This document shows, in pieces, positions 37,912 through 48,269 of a DNA stretch of 64,000 nt. Position numbers and translations under genes: made by a program. The stretch is from a virus. Within the stretch, counting starts at the first letter, position 1, and every line of letters starts with the position of its first letter. Location: positions 32,001 through 96,000 of IMG/VR virus record IMGVR_UViG_3300045922_000293. The stretch is one strand, 5' to 3'. The notes beneath the pieces were generated by a model, which saw only the letters and a list, made by a program, of their open reading frames with translations, was not told the origin of the DNA and ran no database searches.

Positions 37912-39540
37912 ATGAGTGATGAGAAAAAGGTTCATTCCCCCTTCTTCGAGAACATAGGTCCAGATGCCCCACCTGATGCAAATGCTAAACACGGATGGAT
38001 GGGTTTTTTTCGGAACAAACTCAAAGAAGCCTCAGACTTTTTGAATCGTGATGATGTAGAGACTGTGCGCGAGGTTGCTACGGATATCTTCGAGGTGGCG
38101 TCGAGTATTGACCCCAAAAAGCCTTTGACCTATGCATTAGGGGCTGTACAGCTTGTGAACGTAGCCGCCTCCTACTTAGAAGATACGGGTGTTCAAACCC
38201 CATTTGATATTGAGTGGTATACCATAGTTAATCGAAGTCACCCACTTATCTCAGGGGATTTGGCGTTATTTTTCTTTGAGGATCTTGATTCCCTGGGCTT
38301 CAAAACCCTGATGCTCAGTCATTCTAAAAGTAAATCGAAGGCTGTTAAGGCCAAGGATGCTGACCAGTCAAAAAATAACAGTAATGTGTCTTATGCGATT
38401 TATTGCTATGAGTTTTCTCCCGATGTGAAGATTTATTTCAAGGGGAGTACAGCGTATAAGTCGATGCCGAAGACGGACGGTGCGCGCTTTGATTATACGA
38501 TTTATATAGATAACGGGATACCCCCTGTGGGGTATGATTCTCGCGACCCTCTTCAAAAGAAGCGCTGGGATGAAGCAGCACAGCGTGTGTTTTCGGTCCT
38601 AGCAAAGAAGGTGTGGACACGTTATTCTAATCATATCGAGATTTGTTGGGATGATATGAAGGGGAGTGTCATTTTTAAGAACAGGGAGGAGCCCCCTTGG
38701 GGTTATAAAGGGGATCGCGGTACCAAGTTGATTGACCAATGGGGTAAGTTTCTTCAGGCGGGCATCCGCCGTGCTGTCGTCCTACATGGCCCTCCGGGTA
38801 ATGGTAAGAGTACGTTAGCGCGCGAGGCCGCGAAGCGGTTAGGGCGTAAAACCTTGTACATACCTTTAGACACGCTGGATAAATCCCCGAGCTGGTATCT
38901 TGAGAGTGTGTTAGGAATCTTATCCCCCGAAATCGTGATCGTAGATGATCTTGATCGACTTGGGACAGGGAAGCTCTCCAAGCTGCTCGCTCTTTTTGAG
39001 GAGAATGTAAGTCTCCTGTCAAAAGTACCCCTAGTCATCGCGACCACAAATGATATCACCCGTTTGCCCAGTGCTCTGCGGCGCCCTGGCCGCTTTGATG
39101 AGGTGTGGTCAGTCACAGCCCCCGATCATGAAATGTTAGGGGATCTGATCTATCACCTTGCACAAGAAGAAAAGTGCTCACTTGGCGAGGGAGCTTATGA
39201 GCGAATCTTTGAGATGGCATCCAATTTGAGTCTGAGTGGGGCTCATATTCGCGAGTTATTAAGACGCGTGAAGGTCTTGGGCATTACGGCCCTTGACATT
39301 TCATCTGAAGATCTGACTTTCTCGGGGGATTTTTTTCTTGATGATGAAGAGATCGGTTCGGAAGACGATTGTAATGACGACGAGGAGGAGTTGATGGAAG
39401 GGGACGATGATGAGGAGGAGTTGATGGAAGGGGACGATGATGAAAGTGATCCTACCTCTGATCGCCATCTTTATGCTGCTGCGAGATCCCGCACAAGAGA
39501 TCGTAAAGGTGCCTACAATCTAAAGCCAAGGGAATTTTAA
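37912..39540 (+). CDS. AAA+ ATPase
   Basis: GPPGNGKS, IVDDLD, ATTN, ALRRPGRFD. Acidic tail with a 30-bp duplication. Confidence 0.9.
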   Translation: MSDEKKVHSPFFENIGPDAPPDANAKHGWMGFFRNKLKEASDFLNRDDVETVREVATDIFEVASSIDPKKPLTYALGAVQLVNVAASYLEDTGVQTPFDIEWYTIVNRSHPLISGDLALFFFEDLDSLGFKTLMLSHSKSKSKAVKAKDADQSKNNSNVSYAIYCYEFSPDVKIYFKGSTAYKSMPKTDGARFDYTIYIDNGIPPVGYDSRDPLQKKRWDEAAQRVFSVLAKKVWTRYSNHIEICWDDMKGSVIFKNREEPPWGYKGDRGTKLIDQWGKFLQAGIRRAVVLHGPPGNGKSTLAREAAKRLGRKTLYIPLDTLDKSPSWYLESVLGILSPEIVIVDDLDRLGTGKLSKLLALFEENVSLLSKVPLVIATTNDITRLPSALRRPGRFDEVWSVTAPDHEMLGDLIYHLAQEEKCSLGEGAYERIFEMASNLSLSGAHIRELLRRVKVLGITALDISSEDLTFSGDFFLDDEEIGSEDDCNDDEEELMEGDDDEEELMEGDDDESDPTSDRHLYAAARSRTRDRKGAYNLKPREF

Positions 39541-39541
39541 C

Positions 39542-39832
39542 ATGTCTTCTTGTTATTGGGCGAGCCAAGGTCAATGTCTCCTCACAAAGCTACCTTGTGA
39601 GAGTGTTTTGGAGATTTTACACACGGTTCCAAACGCACGTCATGATCTTTTGAATTGTGCTCTAAATTGTGCTCAAAACGTGAATCCATTGTATTTAGAG
39701 TATGTGAATCAGGTGGGTTTGATTCAAGATCCATCTGATCAGAGTGCTTTGTTCCAGAAGAAGATCGGCAATAAGTTTGTGGATAACCATAGAAACATGC
39801 CTGATATGCGACTGCCTAAGAAGAATTCTTAA
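39542..39832 (+). CDS. Hypothetical Cys-rich protein
   Basis: Coupled ORF with five Cys in the first half. Confidence 0.5.
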   Translation: MSSCYWASQGQCLLTKLPCESVLEILHTVPNARHDLLNCALNCAQNVNPLYLEYVNQVGLIQDPSDQSALFQKKIGNKFVDNHRNMPDMRLPKKNS

Positions 39833-39887
39833 CCATATATGATCACGATACCTTACCTACACGACGCCGTAAGGCAAATAAACCCCC

Positions 39888-40139
39888 ATGACATCAAAAC
39901 GAGACAATGTGGTCTTAATTCAAGGTCTTTTGAGGCAAAATGAAATTCTGTCTCAAAGACTGGATCAATTAGAATCTGAATTGTCTGAATTGAAAGAAAT
40001 TCACTCTTTGACCAGTGATATGTTTGTGAATGTGATGTTGGATATGTTAAAAATAGCACAGCCTAAAAAGGCGTGGCTTGATCTCTACCTCAAATCCCGT
40101 GAGAATTTCTTGAATCAGGCTGGGGATGAGGATAAATAG
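39888..40139 (+). CDS. Small coiled-coil hypothetical protein
   Basis: Heptad-like LSQRLDQLESELSELKE. Confidence 0.55.
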   Translation: MTSKRDNVVLIQGLLRQNEILSQRLDQLESELSELKEIHSLTSDMFVNVMLDMLKIAQPKKAWLDLYLKSRENFLNQAGDEDK

Positions 40140-40212
40140 GATATAAACGCGATTCCGTCGCCTCATTTTCCAAAGAAATGGGGCGTGGGTATAAAAAGAT
40201 GGAGACCCTAAG

Positions 40213-40587
40213 ATGCCATTTGATTACATTCCGTTATCCGATAATGAGATTGATGTGGTGCATAAGATGGTGGATGGGCAAGAGCTTTATGTTGAGGTCG
40301 TGGGCTGGGGCTACCATCCGAGCCCTAAGATCATTGCAGGTGATAAGCGTATTCAGGTTCGCTTTCCACTTGAATTCAACCGCCCGGATTTCAGTGTGCC
40401 CGTGCATTACTTTGATATCGCCTTAAAGTTGAGGAACGGGCGTGAGGTATACAAGGATCGTCTCCCCGTATCAGACCCGTATCAAGGTGGCCCCGTGATG
40501 ATTACAGCGGGCGTGTTGCTAGATATGGTATGGGATATCAGCGTGGGTGCGATCTCACCTGATTTCTTGCGCTATATGGGTAAGTAA
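40213..40587 (+). CDS. Hypothetical protein
   Basis: GGAG SD; beta-rich. Confidence 0.65.
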   Translation: MPFDYIPLSDNEIDVVHKMVDGQELYVEVVGWGYHPSPKIIAGDKRIQVRFPLEFNRPDFSVPVHYFDIALKLRNGREVYKDRLPVSDPYQGGPVMITAGVLLDMVWDISVGAISPDFLRYMGK

Positions 40588-40797
40588 ATGGCAGGTTTTC
40601 TTCGACCACAGCGCCCCTTAGATAAAACGATCTACTGGCGCGAGCTTAAAGTCTATGCGCTTTCACGGTTGGATGAACACGCATGGCAATATGAATTCTT
40701 GACGCAGTGTCAAGATGATGAGGATGCGCTCCGGCGTTTATCTTGGATCACAAAAACAGATATTGAAAGGGATACTGTACAACATGGCAAGCCGTAA
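40588..40797 (+). CDS. Hypothetical protein
   Basis: Abuts the previous stop. Confidence 0.5.
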   Translation: MAGFLRPQRPLDKTIYWRELKVYALSRLDEHAWQYEFLTQCQDDEDALRRLSWITKTDIERDTVQHGKP

Positions 40798-41077
40798 GAA
40801 GACGAATGAGACGATGAATGATAGTGTACTCCAACATCATCCCGTGGCACGCACGGATACAGATATTTATATTTTATATGTGGGCACCCCGTCCTCCCAT
40901 CAAACACTCAAGGTCAGGGCGGATCAGATCGTGGGCTTTCTTGTGAAGGGTGACCACCCTGAGCGCGTGTACCTCAAGGGGGGGCATTCTATTGATCTCA
41001 CGCCTTCTGTTCGCAATCACATTGACGCCGCCCAGCATAACTTTGAGGTGATGCAGAGATGGGAATCGGGGGACTAA
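40715..41077 (+). CDS. Hypothetical protein (likely start 40784, MASRKK)
   Basis: Continues the operon; converges on the minus-strand ORF. Confidence 0.5.
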   Translation: MMRMRSGVYLGSQKQILKGILYNMASRKKTNETMNDSVLQHHPVARTDTDIYILYVGTPSSHQTLKVRADQIVGFLVKGDHPERVYLKGGHSIDLTPSVRNHIDAAQHNFEVMQRWESGD

Positions 41078-41439
41078 GGCTCGCCTAGAGGGGCATGAAA
41101 TACCAGCGTTAACTTCACATCACGGTTATAATAACGCTGGTATTTTTGTGCTAATCCCTTAGCTTCAGGGTACCAAATATCTTGATACATGTCTTTGAAG
41201 CCTTCACATGGGGGCCAAAGATCGATGACAAAGCAGAGAGAAGCCCCCCCATCATTGCTGACCTCACGTATGCGCGGCAACATGTCAAGAAAGACACAAA
41301 AGCTCAATGACGACAGATAGGAATCCATGACGCGATGCGCAGCCATCGGGCTAGGCACTTGGTCCAAATCTTCCGGCATTGTGGTTATTTCACCTAACAT
41401 AAGCATCCCCCCTTCTTTGATCTCTATCAATTTCAGCAC
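41074..41439 (-). CDS. Hypothetical protein
   Basis: Coupled to the sigma-like ORF. Confidence 0.5.
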   Translation of the reverse strand: MLKLIEIKEGGMLMLGEITTMPEDLDQVPSPMAAHRVMDSYLSSLSFCVFLDMLPRIREVSNDGGASLCFVIDLWPPCEGFKDMYQDIWYPEAKGLAQKYQRYYNRDVKLTLVFHAPLGEP

Positions 41440-41918
41440 ACAGGATATCGGACCCGATCCGATGACAGGTCGGGGAAGTGTTTGACCACTTCATGTTTGC
41501 AGAAGTCTTTAAATTCCTTCCACATGCTGACATAAGGGCGTTGATATTTATCGCCGATCTCCCGCCACGTCATCTCTTGAATGACGAGATCCGTGAGAAC
41601 GAATTCATAGCCTTGCTGTACACAAAAGTGGTAGACTCGCTGCGCATCCATAAACATTTCAGTTGATACATGATACGAGCCCAAATCTCCTCTCATCTTC
41701 ACATGATGCTCTACATGTTTTTGATGCCTCCTCGCATGTGATCCACAACGGGTGGCGGTGAGCTTGATCGCGTTGCGGATATGATCGAGGCTCTCATAAG
41801 AGCTTTTCTTAGCGAGCAGTTTGCAAATGGCCTCCTGAATCCAGTCCCCCTCTAAATTTTTAGGGAAGGTGTCAAGCATGGAAGCCCATTGCTGATCTGT
41901 GAGATCAGTCATGTACAT
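41433..41918 (-). CDS. ECF-type sigma70-like factor (putative)
   Basis: DWIQEA (region 2 DxxQ), region 2.4-like TATRCGSHARR, HTH EMTWREIGDKYQRP; 161 aa. Confidence 0.55.
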   Translation of the reverse strand: MYMTDLTDQQWASMLDTFPKNLEGDWIQEAICKLLAKKSSYESLDHIRNAIKLTATRCGSHARRHQKHVEHHVKMRGDLGSYHVSTEMFMDAQRVYHFCVQQGYEFVLTDLVIQEMTWREIGDKYQRPYVSMWKEFKDFCKHEVVKHFPDLSSDRVRYPVC

Positions 41919-42182
41919 GTTGAATCCATATTGTTTAAAGGGTTCTTAGGGTGCGTACCCTGAGTGTTTTGGGCCAGATGAAGGCATGGGGATACGCGTG
42001 GATAGAAGAACACTAGGTGCGCGTAGCACACGTATAACGATAACGCCATACACTTCATCACGCAATATTAAAAAACGTGTTAAGTACGTCTACAAAAATA
42101 TTGACAGGGCCATCTTTAAGATAGCTTTCAATGAACATGTTGATATACAATGAGAAAATTTCAATTGCAAATCCATGAGCCT

Positions 42183-42191
42183 TGTTATAAT
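42183..42191 (+). promoter_or_regulatory. Extended -10 element TGTTATAAT upstream of topoisomerase gene
   Basis: Exact TGnTATAAT in an AT-rich divergent gap. Supports the true start at 42262. Confidence 0.4.
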
Positions 42192-42261
42192 TTCAAGGTC
42201 GTGTAGCGCCTATCGAAAGCCTGCGCTGTCACCTCTACGTCGCATCCATGGGGATCCCGTC

Positions 42262-44148
42262 ATGACTCAACCCGCCGCCGCCTACACCTCGGATGATATC
42301 AAACACCTTAGTGAGCGCGAGGCTGTCCGCCTCCGCCCCCACATGTACATTGGTTCCACAGATAGACGTGGCCTGCATCATGTGGTCGCTGAGATTTTGG
42401 ACAATGCTTGCGATGAGGCTTTGAACAAGCACGCGAATGTCATCACGGTCGATGTGTCCTCCGATGGTGGGTACGTATCGATAGAGGATAACGGTCGTGG
42501 CATCCCATCGGAGCCTAACAAGGAAGGGGTGAGGGGTGTGGAACTCGTGTTCACGAAACTTCACGCGGGAGGCAAATTCGGGGATTCAAGTGCTTACGGG
42601 TCTTCTGGGGGTCTTCACGGCGTCGGCGCTAGCCTAGCCAATTTCTTATCAACGCGTCTTGAGGTGGATATCTGGCGATCAGGAATGCACACAAGATTCA
42701 TCACCGTGGATGGTGAGTTTGAATCCGTTGAGGATCACCCCAGTCAAGATAAGAAGCGCGGCACGAAAGTCACATTCTACCCACTTTTTTCAAGATTTGA
42801 ATGTGATCGTCTTGAATATGAAGACATCAAGACCATGATCGAAAATAAGGCATATTTGTTATCCGGCGTGAAATTCATCCTCATGCGTGGGGGATCTAAT
42901 CCCCACGTGATTTATTTTGAAGACGGGATGCGCGCTCTCTATGATCTGTGTAAAGATGGCTTGGATCAGGTACATCAACCGGAGTTGATCCTTGATCAAG
43001 AATATGAGGGATTCCAGGTCAAAGCCCGTATAGGATGGGTGTACAGCCGTGAATATGATCGTAAGACGTTCGTGAACATGATCCCAACACAGGACGGTGG
43101 GACGCATGAGCAGGCGTGTTTGAGCGGTCTTTTAACCGCCTGTAGGGCGCTAGAGCAGGGGAAGAAGCCTGTGTTAAGTCTTGAGGATGTACGCGGGGGC
43201 CTTCGGCTTGTTCTCAGTCTGACCGCCCCGAAAATAGCTTTTGAAGGGAATCTCAAAGCCAAATTATACACACCCGAATATTTATCTCCGCTCACACGAG
43301 TGTTCCAGCGTCATGTTGAACAGTATTTTGTGGACTACCCACAACAGGCCAAGATCCTGCTTGAATTCATGCTTGAGACAAGGCGTCTGCGCCTCCATCA
43401 AAAGGCCCAGAAGGATACATCATCTAGGAAGTCCCCCGTTTTGAATCTCCCCGCCAAGCTGGCGGACTGTCTACATGCCGATCCTGTCAAGCGCGAGCTT
43501 ATCTTAGTCGAAGGGGATAGCGCGGGGGGTAACGCAAAGCAGGGTAGGGATCGGCACACACAGGCAATTTTACCCCTTCGCGGCAAGATTCTGAACACCG
43601 AGCGCATGAGTGCTGAGGATATTTTAAAAAATAAGGAAATTCAGGCTATTGTGGACTCTTTGGGGTGTGGAATAGGTAAGAACTATGTGTATGAGCATGT
43701 GCGCTATCACAAGATCATTCTCTTGATGGATGCGGATAGCGATGGGGGTCATATTTTGAGCTTGATCTTAACGTTTTTCTACCGCCATCTTCCCGATCTT
43801 ATCAAGCGCGGCCACGTCTTCATCGCGCAGCCCCCGCTGTTTGCGGTATCCTATAAAAATGAAAAATTTTGGGCGCTCACGATAGAAGATCGCGATCGTC
43901 TCTTGAAGACCTACCCCAAAGCGGAAGTGTCCCGCTTCAAAGGCTTGGGGGAGATGCGCGCCCAAGACCTCAAAGCAACGACACTTGATGCAGCTAGCCG
44001 TCAGATCATCCCCGTGGCGTGGCCAGCGAATACGGATGAGGTCAAAGAATGTGATGATATTTTTGAGGCCCTGATGGGAAAGCACGCATCCTTGCGATCC
44101 GATGCAATTGCGGCCTATATGAAAGATCATGCTACGGAAGACATTTGA
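42262..44148 (+). CDS. gyrB: Type IIA topoisomerase B subunit (GyrB/ParE-like)
   Basis: EILDNACDE, DNGRGIP, HAGGKF, GLHGVG, EGDSA, PLRGKILN, DADSDG, RFKGLGEM. The ORF track starts at 42175. Confidence 0.93.
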   Translation: MTQPAAAYTSDDIKHLSEREAVRLRPHMYIGSTDRRGLHHVVAEILDNACDEALNKHANVITVDVSSDGGYVSIEDNGRGIPSEPNKEGVRGVELVFTKLHAGGKFGDSSAYGSSGGLHGVGASLANFLSTRLEVDIWRSGMHTRFITVDGEFESVEDHPSQDKKRGTKVTFYPLFSRFECDRLEYEDIKTMIENKAYLLSGVKFILMRGGSNPHVIYFEDGMRALYDLCKDGLDQVHQPELILDQEYEGFQVKARIGWVYSREYDRKTFVNMIPTQDGGTHEQACLSGLLTACRALEQGKKPVLSLEDVRGGLRLVLSLTAPKIAFEGNLKAKLYTPEYLSPLTRVFQRHVEQYFVDYPQQAKILLEFMLETRRLRLHQKAQKDTSSRKSPVLNLPAKLADCLHADPVKRELILVEGDSAGGNAKQGRDRHTQAILPLRGKILNTERMSAEDILKNKEIQAIVDSLGCGIGKNYVYEHVRYHKIILLMDADSDGGHILSLILTFFYRHLPDLIKRGHVFIAQPPLFAVSYKNEKFWALTIEDRDRLLKTYPKAEVSRFKGLGEMRAQDLKATTLDAASRQIIPVAWPANTDEVKECDDIFEALMGKHASLRSDAIAAYMKDHATEDI

Positions 44149-44662
44149 AGCGTTGAATGAGTTCTTGCAAGACACGCATCGTCTCCGCTGCATCGGCCAC
44201 AGCTCTGTGCCTGCCTTCAAGTGTAGGCACGCCTAATGCCGTCGCCACCGCCTGAAGGCTTTGTTTAGAAGGCTTATCAAAATCCACTATCATGGTATAG
44301 GCATTGTATAAGACCCGCATATCCTTCCATGTGTATTGTGATAAAACATGGGACTTCATACGGAGGCGTCGTAAAGATTTACGAAGGACTTTATCGTCAT
44401 TCCCCCAGAACCATAGGGATATGGGCTCTTTGAATTCACTTAGCCATGAAAAGAAATCCTCTAAGCCTTCTTGCTCAGAGGGGCAATGCTCAAGCATCTC
44501 ATTGGTAATCCCCGTGAATTTAGTGATCATATGAGAAAGTTTTCGCGCTGGTTTGAGCATGATGTGGTATTCAGTTTTTATGCACGCGTCTGTATAGGAT
44601 ACGACGCCTATCTCAATAATCTCCCCCGTATCAGCCATTTCAAGATCAAGCACAAGATTCAT
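44132..44662 (-). CDS. DEDDh 3'-5' exonuclease
   Basis: DLEM, IIEIG, FTGIT, WGNDD, HRAVADA. Confidence 0.9.
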   Translation of the reverse strand: MNLVLDLEMADTGEIIEIGVVSYTDACIKTEYHIMLKPARKLSHMITKFTGITNEMLEHCPSEQEGLEDFFSWLSEFKEPISLWFWGNDDKVLRKSLRRLRMKSHVLSQYTWKDMRVLYNAYTMIVDFDKPSKQSLQAVATALGVPTLEGRHRAVADAAETMRVLQELIQRFKCLP

Positions 44663-44676
44663 AGGATTTCATCACG

Positions 44677-47025
44677 ATGTTACACACCGCCGCGACAGTC
44701 ACGATCTCTACGATTATTCTACCAACCATCACGCTTCATCACGATCTGGTTCCAGGCGAAAAGCGATCCGATGCGCTTTTCTTAGAACACTGGACTAAAA
44801 AAACCCAATTTGACTCAGCAGAGGTGGATCACAGCTTCTTCGTCCTCCTCATGGAAGGAGTGAAGGGGGTAGGTCTCTATTCCAAGGCTTCTTCCATTAA
44901 AGAATTGTCAAAGGGGAAATACCGCATGACATTCACGGCGATGTCGCGCGTGAATCTTGTGGATGTGGATGTGGCAGGTGGTGTCTGTACTTTTGAACAT
45001 ACGGTATTTGAGGGGAAACTTCTTGAGAAGGATTACGGGAAACTGATTAAACATGCTGAAGCATTAAATTTTGTGCAAAATGGTGTGAAAGACATCCCCG
45101 GAATGAGTCTCAAGCATGATCTCCTTGTCTTGGGATACTTCTCTTATCGCCTAAGCTATCACTCCGTGGCCATCTCGAAGTACAGCCACAAGATCATCAA
45201 AATGTCAGCCTCACAGGCCCGAGATATTCTTGAGGCGGGTAAGATTCATGTATGGATCAAGACCATCTTTGATCTTTTGTCTCAGAGCCTGTTGGCGGTT
45301 GAGGTTGAGGAAGAGACCGAGAAGGCCGTGACTGCTCAGACAAAAGAGATTCAAAAGAATGCGATTATCCGTGAAAAGATCAAAGCTCTCCAGAAGCAGT
45401 TGTCCGATGAGGATGATTCAGATGGTATAGATTTCGAGTCACGTGTGATGGAAGCGGATCATTTAACAAATGAAGCACGTACGGCGCTGATGAAGCACGT
45501 ACGGCGCCTGAAAGCCATGCAGCAGACGTCATCTGAATATTCATCCCTGACGCAATATGTGGATACCTTGCTGTCCTTGCCTTGGAACCGTTCCAGTCAA
45601 GCAACGCCGTTGAGTATCGTGGATGCGAGATTGGCTTTGGAACAGCAGCATTATGGCATGGATCAAACCAAGAAGCGTATCCTTGAGTATCTCGCCGTAT
45701 GCGCCTTAACGCCGCGGATGTCACCCCCGATCCTGTGTCTTGTAGGGCCCCCTGGTACGGGCAAGAGCACGATTGCACAGAGCATTGCCCAAGCATTAGG
45801 GCGTGTGTTTGAGCGTATTAGCTTAGGGGGCGCTCATGATGAGAATGAGATCAGGGGCCACCGTCGCACTTATGTAGGTGCGATGCCGGGGCGTATTGTC
45901 AAGAGTTTGATCAAGGCTGGGGTGAATAACCCTGTATTGCTTCTCGATGAGATTGATAAAGTTGGCACGGGTAGGCATAGTGGTGGCGCTCAGGCCGCTT
46001 TACTTGAAGTGCTGGACCCATCGCAGTATCATACGTTCCATGACTATTATGTGGATATCCCCGTGAATCTCAGCACATCGGTCATGATCGCTACGGCGAA
46101 TGATCTCAGTACGATCAGCCCCCCACTACGGGATCGTATGGAAATCATTGAGGTGCCGAGCTACACTTCTGTTGAAAAACTAGAGATCGTGAAGAGGCAC
46201 TTGTATCCTCAATCTCTTGATCGTCACGGTTTAACCCCTGCTGATATTGAGATCGATGCCGATAGGATCTGGCCTCAAGTGATCAGTGATTACACAGCGG
46301 AGGCGGGTGTGCGGTCTTTATCCAAGAAGATCGACGCAGTGGTACGTCACAGCGCTCTGTTCAAGCTGGAGCATAAGAAGCCTTTTGAGGTGAGTTTGGC
46401 TTCCCTTGATGATGTGTTAGGTTTACCGATCTCAAGCCATGATCGTATTAAATCCTCACCATCCATTGGCCTTGTGACGGGCTTGGCTTGGACGCCTGTG
46501 GGTGGGGATATTTTATTTATTGAGGCCGCCCGTGTTCAAGGGGGCCCGCCGGGCGAGATCAAGATCACGGGGTCTCTTGGTGATGTGATGCGTGAATCTG
46601 TGCAGGCGGCTTGGACGTATCTACGTACTTTGCCTGATTTGATCATCCCGCCTGATATCTCCATCCATGTCCACGTGCCCGCAGGGGCGACACCTAAAGA
46701 CGGTCCCTCGGCTGGAATTGCCTTGATGGCAGCCCTTTTGTCGGTCATCACGGGGCATCTTATCCCTGCGGATCTTGCTATGACGGGGGAGATCACGATC
46801 AGGGGTGATGTGCTGGCTGTAGGCGGGATTCGTGAGAAATTGATTGCGGCGCACCGTAGTGGGGTGCGCACAGTGATTATGCCTACCACATGTAAGCCCC
46901 ACATGCGGGAAGTTCCCCGCATCGTCCAAGATGATCTGACCGTGCATTACGTGTCTCATGCCTCCGATGTGATCACCTTGCTGGGGTTAGTGATCCCCTT
47001 ACGTCAGAGCATCACCACCCCGTGA
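44677..47025 (+). CDS. lon: Lon protease (LonA-type)
   Basis: HYGM..TK.RILEYL, GPPGTGKS, GHRRTYVGAMPG, LLDEIDK, PKDGPSAG (catalytic Ser), GGIREK (catalytic Lys). Confidence 0.95.
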   Translation: MLHTAATVTISTIILPTITLHHDLVPGEKRSDALFLEHWTKKTQFDSAEVDHSFFVLLMEGVKGVGLYSKASSIKELSKGKYRMTFTAMSRVNLVDVDVAGGVCTFEHTVFEGKLLEKDYGKLIKHAEALNFVQNGVKDIPGMSLKHDLLVLGYFSYRLSYHSVAISKYSHKIIKMSASQARDILEAGKIHVWIKTIFDLLSQSLLAVEVEEETEKAVTAQTKEIQKNAIIREKIKALQKQLSDEDDSDGIDFESRVMEADHLTNEARTALMKHVRRLKAMQQTSSEYSSLTQYVDTLLSLPWNRSSQATPLSIVDARLALEQQHYGMDQTKKRILEYLAVCALTPRMSPPILCLVGPPGTGKSTIAQSIAQALGRVFERISLGGAHDENEIRGHRRTYVGAMPGRIVKSLIKAGVNNPVLLLDEIDKVGTGRHSGGAQAALLEVLDPSQYHTFHDYYVDIPVNLSTSVMIATANDLSTISPPLRDRMEIIEVPSYTSVEKLEIVKRHLYPQSLDRHGLTPADIEIDADRIWPQVISDYTAEAGVRSLSKKIDAVVRHSALFKLEHKKPFEVSLASLDDVLGLPISSHDRIKSSPSIGLVTGLAWTPVGGDILFIEAARVQGGPPGEIKITGSLGDVMRESVQAAWTYLRTLPDLIIPPDISIHVHVPAGATPKDGPSAGIALMAALLSVITGHLIPADLAMTGEITIRGDVLAVGGIREKLIAAHRSGVRTVIMPTTCKPHMREVPRIVQDDLTVHYVSHASDVITLLGLVIPLRQSITTP

Positions 47026-47110
47026 GGATCCATAGCACGAATGCGGGTGTCAAGTCGGCCATTGATGTACCAAGATGTTAGGTTGTGTTCTTGTGTGTGG
47101 GGTATAAACA

Positions 47111-47731
47111 CTAAAACGCTGATAAGAGCCAAGCAATATGCCGTGACATCTGCGCCCAACCTAATACAATGGATTTTTGAGTCACCACATTATCAAGGAA
47201 TCGTGTCACAACAATCTTGTCACTGATCTCACAGAGAATCTTGCGCTCCCCTTGGACAAAGGTCAGTGATATGCCATCGAGGAGCTGAAGCGTCGGCCCC
47301 ACGGCGATATGAGCGCGCGATGCTAGACTTAAAAATAACATTGTATTGTGGTATAACGTGGTTTTGGTCTGTTTGAGAGCAGCTTGAAAGAACAAAAAAT
47401 CTTCTTGAAGATGTTTCTGGTCTACTTCCTCCAAAATGATCTCTTCGATCGATGAGACGGGCCGGTTATTGCGCAATAACGTCTCACCTTCTTTATGAGT
47501 TTTGGCGAGATTCAAAGGTCTGTACAGATCCTCGAACGCCTCACTATCCTCCTCCTCATTGACAGGGGGTTTGATCTTGCTGCTTGACCAATGGAATCTC
47601 TTCGATTTGTTTTCCATGATTACCCCCTTCTGTCCCTGAACTAGAGACACTAAACTCCAAGTTAAAAAAAGCTCGTGTGACCACGATGCAACGTCCATCC
47701 GCGGAGTGCTGTAAAGACACCGCCTTGTCAT
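47111..47731 (-). CDS. Hypothetical protein (likely shorter, starting MENKSK)
   Basis: Best ORF in the interval; an AAGGGGG SD precedes the internal Met. Confidence 0.5.
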   Translation of the reverse strand: MTRRCLYSTPRMDVASWSHELFLTWSLVSLVQGQKGVIMENKSKRFHWSSSKIKPPVNEEEDSEAFEDLYRPLNLAKTHKEGETLLRNNRPVSSIEEIILEEVDQKHLQEDFLFFQAALKQTKTTLYHNTMLFLSLASRAHIAVGPTLQLLDGISLTFVQGERKILCEISDKIVVTRFLDNVVTQKSIVLGWAQMSRHIAWLLSAF

Positions 47732-47906
47732 TCGATGCCCTAAGATGGTAGATGTTCCCTTGTTTATTCCGATACATTTTTGACACGTTTTTGCTCCCGC
47801 AGCAATATACTATCCCCGCAAAGCGCATAGGTATTAATAAATGCCATTCTTGTGAGGGCACCCCCTTGGGTGTGGAATGTGTAGAAAGGTATAGACGGGT
47901 ATCCTA

Positions 47907-48269
47907 ATGGCCGCAGATGATATGACAACAAGACTGCTGTTGCAAACCCTAGAGGCGTTTGAGCCCATCAGGGAAGATGTGACAGAGCTTAGAAGGGATA
48001 TTGCAGATTTAAGGGTAAGACACGCGAATGTGAGCGTGATCGATGCTAGACTTAAGCACATTGGTACGACCATTGAAGGCTTGAATGATAAGATCAAGGT
48101 CTTGGGTCAAACCGTAGATGAAAAACATAAGGCGCTTGATGCTAGACTTGATACGATTGAGAAGACCCATGCCCGCTGGCTAGGGGCGCTTGGCGTGGTG
48201 GCCGTGATCTTAGGTCTGATCTCAGGGCATCTTGTCAAATGGTTAGGTGCTTTGATGGTTGCCCCATAA
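47907..48269 (+). CDS. Holin-like coiled-coil plus C-terminal transmembrane protein
   Basis: Long heptad coil followed by WLGALGVVAVILGLISG. Confidence 0.55.
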   Translation: MAADDMTTRLLLQTLEAFEPIREDVTELRRDIADLRVRHANVSVIDARLKHIGTTIEGLNDKIKVLGQTVDEKHKALDARLDTIEKTHARWLGALGVVAVILGLISGHLVKWLGALMVAP

